A program made the translations under genes and the position numbers. The notes under the pieces are model-generated. The model searched no databases. It saw only the letters and a program-made list of their open reading frames with translations, and was not told the origin of the DNA. Shown piece by piece: positions 46,257-58,123 of a stretch of 64,000 nt of DNA. The stretch comes from Neodothiora populina (lineage: Eukaryota). The stretch lies in the NCBI RefSeq assembly GCF_041146345.1, contig NW_027191411.1, positions 1,922,001 through 1,986,000 on the forward strand, given 5' to 3'. Position 1 is the stretch's first letter, and each line of letters begins with the position of its first letter.

Positions 46257-48596
46257 ATGACACCACAGCCGACTTTTTCGAGAATCTCATTGGAGAAAGC
46301 GGTCAGCCAACGCGACGCACGTAGAAGGTCGAAAGTCACTAGAGCTTGCGATAGTTGCAAGTCGAAGAAGAAGAGATGCACCGGTGACTTTCCGTGTGCA
46401 ACTTGTCGTAGATTGGGTAAATCATGTACGTACGATGCCACATATAATCGGGGTATCGTGGGACCGCCATCCCCAGCGCCTTCTGCTGTGGGTCGTGGGT
46501 CGTCAGGTATAGATAGGATTATGGACCGGTGGGACGTGGCTCGGTCCAACGCAGTAACGAGTGAGGAGGATACTGCTATAGGCACATCGTTGCGAACAAA
46601 TATGCAAACTACGGCAAATCGCAGCAGGAGCCCAGTCCTGCGTGCGTCACCAGCGTTGGGACAAGCACCGGTCGAATCAGCGGAGACCGACCAGCTAGCC
46701 GGACAATACCATGGACCAACTTCAGCTCATTTCTTCCTAGGCCGAGCTTGGAGACCACTTGAACAGCACAGCTCACCTGCAACCCCAGCTCAAACTGATG
46801 TCGATGGTGCGACTTCGATATTTGCGTTTGGAGATCGTACATTTCCTCACGCTGACGGTTCACGACCCGCTTGGCCCTCAGATGCTGCTGCGAGCGAATT
46901 CATACGAGTCTATTTTGAGTACGCGAGTCCCACTTATCGCATACTCCATCGAGCTACCACGGAGAAATGGGTCAATCAAATGCACGAAGCACGACATAAT
47001 AGATCGAAACAGGTACTCTCCACCGCTACTGAAGCCGTCGTTTTCCTGATTTTTGCCACCTCGCTTATGTATCGAATCGACGCAGACGGTAATGTTCAAG
47101 ACGCTGATGAAAACAATTGGAAAGAAAGCGAGCAATATTACGCGGAAGCCCAACGACTGTTGGATCATGAAACTGGTGCTCCGTCACTCGAGTCTGTTCA
47201 AGCACGCTTCCTCATCGTGCTTTGGCTACTTAGTACTTCGAGAATGAATCAAGCTTGGTTTTCTCACGGGACCATGGTTCAGCTGATTCTAGCAATGGGA
47301 CTACATCGTTCAAGGGCAGAATCGAGTGCGTCGACGGAAGATGCACAATGCAAAGTCAAGCGCGAGTGTCAGAGACGAACGCTGTGGTGCTCTTACTCGC
47401 TTGACAAATATATCAGTTTGATCCTTGGACGCCCTAGTCTGCTTCGATTAGAAGACATCGATCAACCTCTTCCGTCGCATGTAAATGACGAAGATCTTAT
47501 GACAGATAAAGCAATCACAAGGCCAGGTAGAGACTGCGTCATGACTGCACCTGTTATGTCCGCGTTGCTTGCTCAGATTCTTGCCCGATCATTCCGCGAT
47601 CAATATGCAATCACCGGCATATCCGACCGTCAACAGATCGAGGCGTCCATGACCCGGATTGACGAATTGACAGCATGGCAGGCTATGCTTCCTCCTTTCC
47701 TTTCAGGAGCAGTGCATGCTAGTAGCCTGATCCCGGGGTTCCGAAGACAACACACGGTCGTACGCCTAGCTTACGCGCACTCGACCATGTTTGTCACTCG
47801 TCCCTTACTGTTACGAGACTACAGTCAAGTCGTTCCAGAGTACGAAAGTGCATACAGTGATCAGATAGTGAGATGTCTAAGAGCTGCACTGGATGCAATT
47901 GATACAGTCATGGGTTCAGTATCCGAGACTCCACTATTTCCTCATTTCTGGCACTCGCAATACGCCACTTTCAATGCTCTATCTATCATCTACATATTCC
48001 TCATCCAAGTAAGTAAGGGACGCATTCCGATCGACAATCTGAGAGCCCTGGGTCGCGGTCTCGACGAAGTAGAACTATTCAAGCTTGCGGAAGTCTCCCA
48101 GCAGCACCTCGCCAAAGCCACCGCTAGGAATGCGCCTGCGTGGAGGTATAGTGTTATCCTGGAAGGCCTGCGAAATGAGGTCCGACGTCTGATGAGGACC
48201 GCCTCGGGCCCGACTCGCAACACTTCACAGGACCCTGGCGGAGCTATGGAAGCAGTTGCAGCCAGTCGCTACTCGGCCGGACCTTTGGATAGCATCCCGA
48301 ACAGTAGCAGTACGGTGGACCTGGATACCCAGCTCACCGGAGGTGACTTGTCAAATCAATCGACAGTGTATTCAGCCATAGGTGGAGCGGTCAATGCGAG
48401 CATAGAAGAGGTTTATGGACTCAACCCTCTCGGTGACTTTACGACAGATACAGGAGACCTGAATTTTAGTCTCGATTTCTGGCCGCAACTCGACAGTCTA
48501 CCTCTATGTAAGTCAGGTATGGTGCGCAAAACACATCAGTTAGGCTGATTTTTGATAGCATATCTTGGTCACAACCATGGTGAGCCAGGCATGTGA
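46257..48596 (+). CDS. Zn(II)2Cys6 transcription factor with fungal-specific TF domain
   Basis: ACDSCKSKKKRCTGDFPCATCRRLGKSC, YHGPTS, AMGLHR, RRTLWCSYSLDKYISLILGRP. Terminal intron about 48508-48558. Confidence 0.92.
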
Positions 48597-49945
48597 AGCC
48601 ACTCGGCTTCTCTAGCCTCGGCAGTCCTTCTCAGTACGCCTATTATGTCTACATTTATTGATGGCTTGAGTTGAAAGAGATAACGAGGAGCATTTCCAGG
48701 ATGTGATTCAGGTACGTTTCGAAGTCTTCCTTGTAATGATGAAACGGTGCCGCCCCGTGGTCCATAGCGCAAAGTTAGTATAGAGTGAGCTATGCAAGGC
48801 ACTAGACGCTGTTAACAATCTTCAACACCGTAAATCGCCCACTCACTACTTGTAGCAGCTATATCGCTTATAATTTCAGTGGATATGAAGAGACCTCAGC
48901 CCGCCTCCCGCCATGCTTCCTCTTAATCGTACGTTTACACTGGCGCCAGCTCTCCGAATATCGGGAGGTGGGCTTTCCGCCATCCTAGTTCAGAGCTTAC
49001 AGTAGACAGGATTGCTGAAAGGGTCAAGACTCAACCGAACAGCCTGTTCAAACTTCGAATTCTCAACGAACCGCTGGCATCTCGTTGTTGTGATGACTTC
49101 TGGATAGCTGCGTTCCGGCCAATACTAGGTATGAATTCGACGAATAAAGTAAGGGACACATCCGATGAGCGTGCGAGTCTGTATCGCTGCAGAGCTGCCA
49201 AGATACACAGCCAGGTCTACGGATATCGACAAACCGTCCAGCTGGATCAATCCACGACTTGGCATGCTTGGGTGATCTCGCAAACAGACGCCAAGCAAGG
49301 GTTTGATTATCTGATCCTCTAAGGATCTGCCACGTGGGGTTAGAGCGTCGTTGACCCCCAAGCCCAAGTTTGATCAGCGGCGCATGCGGCCAAGACAACT
49401 CTCGGCTATCGCATCCCCACTAGTCGAAAAGCGGAGTAAATCATGGAGTTCAGAGGAATTCTTCTCTCGATCTGGTCGCCAACAAGTAGAGAGGACCAAT
49501 AGGGGCGATTATCGACCTGCAATGAGCTCTTGTGCGAAGCTGTGGTGCTGCTCTTTAGATGCGGATCGCGGAATGAGTGTGTCTCGCCGAAGCAATGCAG
49601 CATAATTAACGGCCTTCATTACCAAGCTCCAGCAATTATCGATCGCGCAAACCGTACCATTGATTCATCTTTCCTTCTTTATACTCCCAACATGGCGTAG
49701 ACCGAACGAGTTTTACAAACCAAGAGCATTTGTATCATTTCCTTAGCCTTGTGTGAAGCTTAACCTACCAATGTCTCATCTAGCGCGATGCATACACGTG
49801 GACCTGGGCTTGGTGCCTCCCAGATCCAGACTCAGCTAAGTAGGAGTCCGACATCGCTCATAAATGTATATAAAAGCCATAGGTCTCTCAGGAGAGTGTA
49901 ATCTTTGGACCAATTGCAGGCCTGGACAACTTTCTCTTCATAACC

Positions 49946-51650
49946 ATGAAATTATCTACAATAATATCAGCGCTTGCATTGGCGCCATCGGCGTTTGGAT
50001 TGTCAACCTCGCCAACAGTGAAGATAAACAATGGAACCATCTTAGGAAGACATCTCCCCGAGTATGACCAGGATCTTTTCTTGGGTATCCCATTTGCTCA
50101 GCCTCCGACCGGCGAACTTCGCTTCAATCTACCGAAAGCCATCAACGAGACGTGGAAGGAGCCTTTTAATGCAACAGAATATGGCCCAATCTGTCTTCAA
50201 TTTCCTACGACACCTCCACTGGGACTTCCTCAAAGCGAAGACTGCCTTTCCCTAAACATCGTCAGACCAGCCAACATCAGCAGTGACGCACGCTTACCAG
50301 TGCTTGTGTACCTCTATGGAGGAGGCTTCCATGAGGGAGGTAGCGCAGATGGCAGTTACAACACCTCGTTCTTGGTCAAGAACTCTGTACAGATGAGACA
50401 GCCTGTCATCATGGTAACTCTGAACTATCGCCTGTCAGGCTTCGGACTTCTCGCTGGTGAAATTATGAAGAACCAGGGCTTGGCAAACATTGCACTGCAC
50501 GATCAACGAATGGCGTTTCAATGGATACAAGACAATATCGGTGCCTTTGGCGGCGACAACAACAAGGTCACCATTCAAGGCGAATCAGCAGGAGCTATAT
50601 CTGTCGGATATCATCTTTTAGCTTACAACGGTCGAGACGATGGTCTCTTCCAAGCTGCTATCTGTCAGAGCGGTGGACCATGGTTTTTCGCTGCGTATAC
50701 ATCCACCGAGGACCAGGACAAGGCCTTTCAAACACTGTTGAATGCCACAGACTGTACGAATGCTGTCGATCCGGTCTCCTGCCTCCGAGCTGCACCGTTA
50801 GACATCTTGAACGCGACTATGTTCAAGCTGGATTTCCTTCCTATCGTCGATGGTGGAATAATACCCACTTACAACTCAGTCGCGTTGAAGAGAGGCAATT
50901 TCGTCAAAGTTCCGCTTCTTATCGGATCGAATACGGACGATGGTTCGCTTTTCGCAGGCTTTGGTACCAACACGACAGAAGAGTTTCGTGCATTTGTGAA
51001 GTCTAACGGATACGTCAAAGTAGCAGACAATGAGACAGTCGACCTCATGGTGGAAGCTTATCCTTATATCGCGAATGAGAGCATGACTCTTCCGGCTCCG
51101 TATGGAGATCAGGTTTCGCGAGCAAGAACGTATACCGGAGACGTGTACTTTACTGCTGGACGACGCTTTGCATGCGAGCAATGGACGGACTACGGAGTAC
51201 CATGCTACAGCTACCGCTTCGATACCTATCCTTTGGTGGTGGATCCTCTTTTGCTTGGTGTTGCTCATTTTGAAGAGGTGGCCTTTGTTTTCAACAACAT
51301 CATCGGCACAGGACGACTAACTAGCGCATTTGAGACCAATGAAACATCTATAAGACAGCGCTATGAAGACTTGAGTCAGGTCATGAGTCAGATGTGGCTG
51401 AGCTTCGCTAGCACGCACGATCCTAACAATCACAGAGGTATGTCGATAGGACACACGCATGTACGTAATGGATTGAATGCTAACATATACTCCAGTCAAG
51501 TCTTTTTCGCCCCACTGGCCAAGGTACGACATCGAACAGCCACAAAACATTGTATTGAACGCAACTGCTGGCAGTTGGGTCGAGAATGATGACTACCGCA
51601 AGGAGGGTATGAGACTTCTTGTCGAGCGGGCTTTGAGCTTCTATCGCTAG
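49946..51650 (+). CDS. Secreted type-B carboxylesterase/lipase
   Basis: Signal peptide, FLGIPFAQPP, SEDCL, YGGGF, nucleophile GESAG, GSNTDDG, GVAHFEE. Intron 51438-51495. Confidence 0.93.
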
Positions 51651-52123
51651 TACATTTTTCCATTATATCAAGAATTTTCAGTTTTAAAGTCAGGGCATGT
51701 GATCAATATACACATACACTTGCGCCTGATTCCTCTCTGGTCAGCTATACACCATTAGTTCTTAGGTGTCGCGACCTAATGCGCAAACTCTTCAGCTTTC
51801 GCAATGAAATTCAAAATCACGACCGAGTCGAAGCCGATGACAGTGCACTCGATGATAGAGAGCAATAATAAGTCTTTTACGAGTAAACACTCACATGCAG
51901 GACCAGGCAATAGGATGTGCTTGGAGTCAAGGTCGACCTTAGGGTAGGTATAGCAGATGTTGCCCTTCTTGGCGTTATTCCTCATTAAGCTTTCGCGCCC
52001 TATGTCAAGATGTCAAACATGCTAAAGAAGGTGTTCAACATAAATATCAAAATTACCCTACCTTGTCTTATTCTCGAGTCTCTGAATAAGTGAGTAAAGC
52101 TTTCCAAAGGGTGATCATCAGCT

Positions 52124-53652
52124 ATGTCTAGTACAACTGCGACGACTGGACTTGGAGTGGAAGAAGGTCTAGACACTCATCCCTCGTGGACGCCAGTGAT
52201 TGAACCTCTTACTATTGTCGATGGACAACATGTCAATGAGGAACATGTCAACGAGGAACATGTCAATGAACAACATGTCAATGATCAAAGCCTAGAACGG
52301 ACAGACGGGGGTTACTCAGCCTGGAGGTTCCTGTGTGCTGCATTCGTGTTTGAAGCCGTACTTTGGGGTAAGCTAGCTTGTCCAGTCTGTATCAAGTCAT
52401 GCGTTCAGATTAGGATCCAGTGACTCAATGATTAATGTTCTTTGGCAACAGGATTCCCACTCTCCTTTGGTATCTTCCAGGACTACTACACACGTCTTCC
52501 ACAGTTCTCACAAAGCCCTTACATTACGTATATCGGCACAATCTCAACTGGAATAACATACATAGGAGCACCGCTGATGTTGCCATTCATTGGACGATAC
52601 CCGAAGTATCAACGACATATGATCTGGGGCGGTTGGGTGTTATGTATCTGTGGCCTTCTAGCAGGCTCGTTTGCCGATACCGCTACTGGCTTGATAATGA
52701 CACAGGGCGTCTTGTATGGCAGTAAGTACATAACCGTCTTCGAAACTCGACCGGCGTTGACGAAACTGCAGCTGGCTATCTCATTGTATTCTACCCCATC
52801 GTGAGTATGATGAATGAGTGGTGGGTTGCTCGTCGTGGTTTTGCTTGGGGAATCATGCTTGGTGCATCGGGTGCCTCCGGTGTGGTCTTTCCATTCATAA
52901 TCCAGTCGTTGCTCGCGAGGTATGGCTACAAGACAACCCTGGGATCGTTGACAGTGGCGACTACAATCTTGACAGGTCCGCTTCTTCCACTGTTCAAGAA
53001 ACGCCTCCCACCTCCTCAGACCATAGTCACAACTAGAACGGACTGGGCCTTTTTGAGGAAGCCACTTTTCTGGCTCTATGTAGTGTCTACGGTTGCGCAA
53101 AGCCTCGGATTCTATCTACCAGCGCTATATCTGCCGTCATACGCTTCATCAATCGGGTCGGACTCCAGAAAAGGCGCTTTGCTCCTCGCACTGATGAGTG
53201 TTACCCAAGTCCTTGGCCAATTGACATATGGATATCTCTCAGATGGTCGTGTATCGCTCAATCTGCTTCTGCTGTCCTCGTCTGCTGTCGCTGCCATCTC
53301 TTCGTTCACACTTTGGGGGCTGGCACGATCGTTGCCACCTCTGGTTTGCTTTGGCCTCGTCTATGGCTTCTTTGCATATTCTTACATGGCAATGAGAGTA
53401 CGTATGGGTACCATGGTCAGTCCAGATCCGACCGCAGCGATGACTCCTTTCTCCATCTTTTCTTTTGCTCAAGGAATCGGCAACATACTCGCAGGCCCAA
53501 TCAGTGCAAGTTTGTTGAGTTCTATGACCGACCTGAGCGACTATGGTTATCACAGATATAAAGGGATCATTGTGTTCACAGGATCGGCGATGGTACTCAG
53601 TGTTTTAATCATTGGATCATCATATGTGAAGATATTGCGGCAGAGACTCTAA
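52124..53652 (+). CDS. MFS transporter, monocarboxylate (MCT/Mch) family
   Basis: DGGYSAW, GFPLSFGIFQDYY, EWWVARRGFAWG, YLPSYA, GYLSD, about 12 hydrophobic segments. Two introns (about 52368-52451 and 52722-52771). Confidence 0.9.
52228..52285 (+). repeat. 15-bp tandem repeat x4 (ACATGTCAAYGARSA) encoding (HVNEE/Q)n in the MFS N-terminus
   Basis: QHVNEEHVNEEHVNEQHVNDQ in exon 1. Confidence 0.9.
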
Positions 53653-53849
53653 GCCCTCGAACGTCAAACAAGGAACTCCTCACCCGCACATCGCGCATCT
53701 ATCTAGGTCTATGTACAGCACTCTATTTTGCTGGGAGAAATATTTTCGGATCGATTCATCTAGAACATGTCCGATGAACATGTCAAAAGTTGGCAGTACA
53801 ACGACACGCTGAAGGCCGTACCGTGCTTGTCGAGGCATTATGTTGCCTT

Positions 53850-54909
53850 TCATTCTTCATCTCGAGTCAATCGAAACATACGGATGCTGTTGATCCAGGC
53901 AGAGGTCATCACATCATCGACGGGAATATGCTTCAGGCCAGCTACAACAAATGCAACTTGGCTTATCGCACAACTCTCATTGCGATCTTTGACCATGCAC
54001 TCCATCTGATGTTTATCTCTCTTTTTACTGGCTGGCAAGGGAAATGAATTGGTTAGATAACGTCTCGCCACTTCTGAGCTCGGGGGAATCAGACCCCAGG
54101 GCGCATCGGTCTCGATCTGCAACTTCGCCAAGGGAAGAGCACGAATCATCTCTAAAGAGTCTTTGTCGCGGAAACTGAAACCGTTCACACTGATCTCGAA
54201 GCCCATATTTGTGAGAATTCCCATCTGTGCCTTGGTTCCGACAAAGGAGTGCACCAATCCTCCGCGAGGTAGTCTGGGCAGATAAGGCGTGATCACCGCG
54301 GCAAAATCATCGAAGGCTGCTCGACAATGAAGGAAAAGAGGCAGATCGAATCCATTCGACACAAACACATCGAGTTGTGCCTCGAAAGCGCGTAACTGCG
54401 CATCTTTCGGTGCGCGTTCTAGATGATCATAGTCGAGTCCGAGTTCTCCGAAAGCTACCAAGAGTGTCGAGGGCTCCGCCAACAGATCTCGGACAACACT
54501 CGTGAGCTGAGCATAATATGCGGGGCCTTTGTCTTCAGCCTCTGAAGCATGATATGGGTGGATGCCAACAGTGATGGCACACTGTTGCGGACGCTGACGC
54601 GCAATCTGGAGGTTGAAATCGACATCATCCAGGGACATTCCGGTCAGCATGACCTTGTGTACACCAGCCGCAAGTGCACGATCAAGGACAGCAAGGAAAT
54701 CTGGTTCATGGTATTGTTTGTTGCGATAAATGCCCGCGAACTCCTTCGCTGTTGCAGTGACAGCAACCTACCGGGATGTTGAGCCAACGGAATAAGACTA
54801 TCGTCTGAGTATTACTACTTACATCTACGAAGCGTGGTGCTTTACCTGAATGTATTGGTGCCGCGACGGGGAAGCCGCTAAGCATATCATCCTTCGAGGT
54901 GGTGCTCAT
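53850..54909 (-). CDS. TatD-family metallo-nuclease
   Basis: Exons 54909-54823 and 54767-53850. Motifs TVGIHP, FGELGLDY, LFLHCR, LVHSF, IETDAPW, KDRNES. Confidence 0.9.
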
Positions 54910-56142
54910 TGTATTTAGGACAGCAAATCTCCTCCAGAACTATGAGTCGTTCCGCTCGCTTTCGAAGAGTCAATCCAGTCTTTGTGTCCAATCGCTATCC
55001 GCAGTCCATTCTAGAATCCGATGTCGGAGCTTACGGTGTTCGATGCTGCATTTCCACACCGAGCGTAAGTCTTGGTGTTTGAGTCGAACCGCAGCTTAGT
55101 AATCTATCTCTCACTGCGGCATGACTCGATGCGCTCAAGCCCAGTGCCTCGCGGCCTTCATGCTTCCACGAGTACAAAGATCCTGTTAGCTTCTGGTAAT
55201 TTACCATGTTCTATGGAAACTAGATCTTGAGAGTGTTCCTCTCACGACTGCAGAATGTATCAGTCAGGTTCGATCACGAAGACGCGGTCGGTATACATGA
55301 TCAAGTGGTTGAGCAAGAAGGAGAAATGCCAAGTAACGTGCTGGAACATGCACCATCGGCATCACTGCTTGGCAGCAGTATGACTCTCTCTTGCAAGCGA
55401 AATGGCCCTTTGCCACGAGGACAACTCATCGCCAAGCCCCATCGCTACCTCATGCAAGCTCAAGGTCTCGATCCGGTAGATGTCTTCATGAGTTAGTGTT
55501 GCGAGGCGCACGGTCTGATCGATTGGTGCAAGCGCGGCCTCGCTTAAGCAAGGAAATTTCTGGAGCAATTAGACTTCTTCCGATAGATCATGCAGCTCCT
55601 CCAACCAAGTCACATCATTGTATCCGACAGAGGATGGGGTGCGGGGTACTCCACAGATCGACGACGTTTGTATCGTCACGCATACTTATACTGTGCAGTG
55701 GAAATTTGACAGCGGCTACACGCTACGGATCGACGAGGTTATGGTATAATGCGATGGTAGAGTCTTCAGTGGGACTCATTGAATGATTGTTTCCTTGTGA
55801 CGGATGGACTTCAGAGGAAAGTGCGTGTGCTCTTACTTCCAAGACCGATATTTGTGCCAAGGTAACTTCGGGGTATGTGCCTCGTACCCTGGTCGAATCT
55901 TATATCTTACCTTAATCTTTGACCACCAGCACCATGCTTACTTGCTCATGATAAGACGTCTACCGGAGAAACCAGACGCCTTCGTAGTGGGGCTCGTCGG
56001 GGAATCATGTCTAGTACGTAATGAGGCTGCACTCGCAGTGAGGCGTATGCTGTGTATATATATCTATTCAAGCCCGTCTACACCTGGACTTGAAACATAT
56101 CCTCGTGGCTTTCTGTTTATCAGGACAACTTAGCAGAACAAC

Positions 56143-57821
56143 ATGTGGCGACCGCTGACTTTTCTACTCTGGGCCATCGTGACAGTCTGCCAGGCTGCAC
56201 CCGGAAAAGGCAGACATGGCGACTGGGACAAAGGCCTCGTAGTGTACACCTCGTCAGGTGAGGCGCATGGCAAGATCGACTCGGCTTATCCACACGTGCG
56301 ACAATTCCTGGGCATCCCTTTCGCCCAACCTCCTGTTGGCTCTCTTCGCTGGATGCCCCCACAGCCGCTCCCTCCTTCCGCTGCCAGGACCAAGATCGAA
56401 GCAACAAACCTGCCTCCTAGCTGTATTCAATATCTTGGCACAGGCCCGTCACTATACCTTGACGATGTCCTTGAGTTCAACCTGGAAGGTCTGAATCGAA
56501 CAGGAATCATTAGTGAGGACTGCTTGACGCTTAGCGTCTGGGCGCCAACCGGCAATGACTGTGGACCCGGCTTGCCTGTGTTGCTTTATATCTATGGCGG
56601 AGGATTTGAAACCGGAGGCCAGAATGTCCCTTACCAGCTTCCTTCGCAATGGGTAGAGAGAAGTAGAGACCACATCGTGGTTTCATTCAAGTCTGTCGTG
56701 TCTTAGCAACGAATATAAATGCATTCCAAATACTCACGTCTCATAGTTATCGGCTGAACATTTTCGGGTTTCCGAACGCGGCAGGCCTTGACGATAAGAA
56801 CGTCGGTTTGTTGGACCAGCGTCTCGCGTATGTACAAGCCAATCACCGGCTCTGAAGACTGCAAGTTTAACAAAATCTCAGGGTCGAATGGGTTTCGGCG
56901 AACATTGCACGGTTCGGTGGGGATCCATCGCGTATCACACTCTGGGGTCAAAGTGCTGGTGGAGCTAGCGTTGACCTCTACAACTATGCTTGGTCCGACG
57001 ATCCGATTGTTTCATCCCTGATCATGGACTCCGGTAATACCTTCTTGCTGAGCAGTAACGATTTCACACAAAGCAACTTCTCCTTCGTTGCCTCGAGTCT
57101 GGGGTGTGGAGGTGTAAATGCGACTGCTGAGCTGGCATGCATGCGAGGACTGAACGCATCTACCATCGAAAATTTCTTGTCGGTGTATCAACAGAATGGC
57201 TCTTTGCCTGCGATCAGCTTCGCGCCTATTGCAGATGAGAAAGTTGTGTTCAGCAACTACACATTGCGTGCTTCGCAGGGACATATTTCCAAGATTGTAT
57301 GTAATCAGCCCTTGCCGGATTGTACCACGTAGCTGACCCCATCACAGCCAGCTATAATGGGTACAAATGCTCAAGACGGAGTACCGTTCGCCCCCTACAA
57401 CGCTGCTGGTGTCAATCAAACACTTGCGCAAGCCGCATATCTTGCCCTGTTTTTCTGCACCACCACTGAAGCTATCGAGCTCCGACAGCTTGCTGGCGTC
57501 CCGACCTATACATACCTCTACTCCGGAAACTTTAGCAACATCTCTCCACGACCATGGATGGGCGCTTATCATTCGTCCGAATTGCCATTGATCTTTGGAA
57601 CTTATGGAAACTATCGTGGTCCTTCGACCGCCCTGGAAGTAGATACCAGTAAGGCCATGCAAGATGCCTGGCTCACTTTTGCTGCGGATGGGCCTGAGGG
57701 ACTCAATGGAATTGGCTGGGAAGAATACGTACTTGGCGCTAGTTCTGTACGTGACTTTGGAAATGGTGTCGCTGTGAAGACGACCAGTCTAGCAGCCACG
57801 GAAGCCCTTTGTGCTGCTTGA
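56143..57821 (+). CDS. Secreted type-B carboxylesterase
   Basis: Signal peptide, FLGIPFAQPP, SEDCL, YGGGF, WGQSAG, GAYHSSE. Introns about 56691-56747, 56828-56881 and 57297-57347. Confidence 0.9.
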
Positions 57822-58123
57822 TCAGGCACGCTGTGATAACAGCACGCGATCGATTCGACGCAGATTTTGGGCGCGCTTGAGAAGTATCATGATATTGTAC
57901 AACTCGATCGAAATGGTAGTGGTCGGGCTAGGGCGTACATGACAAGATCCCCAAAAGTCTTTCAGGTATGATTGTGATTCTGACAATCACAAAGTAGCCG
58001 ACCCAGATCTGCGAAGATTGGATATATACTTCAGCACCGAGCTTCTGACAGTTTACGTTCAATACGGCCGCAGACCTTGCTCATGTCAACAATGTGGTAC
58101 TAGTGCGTCCACATTTGCCACCA

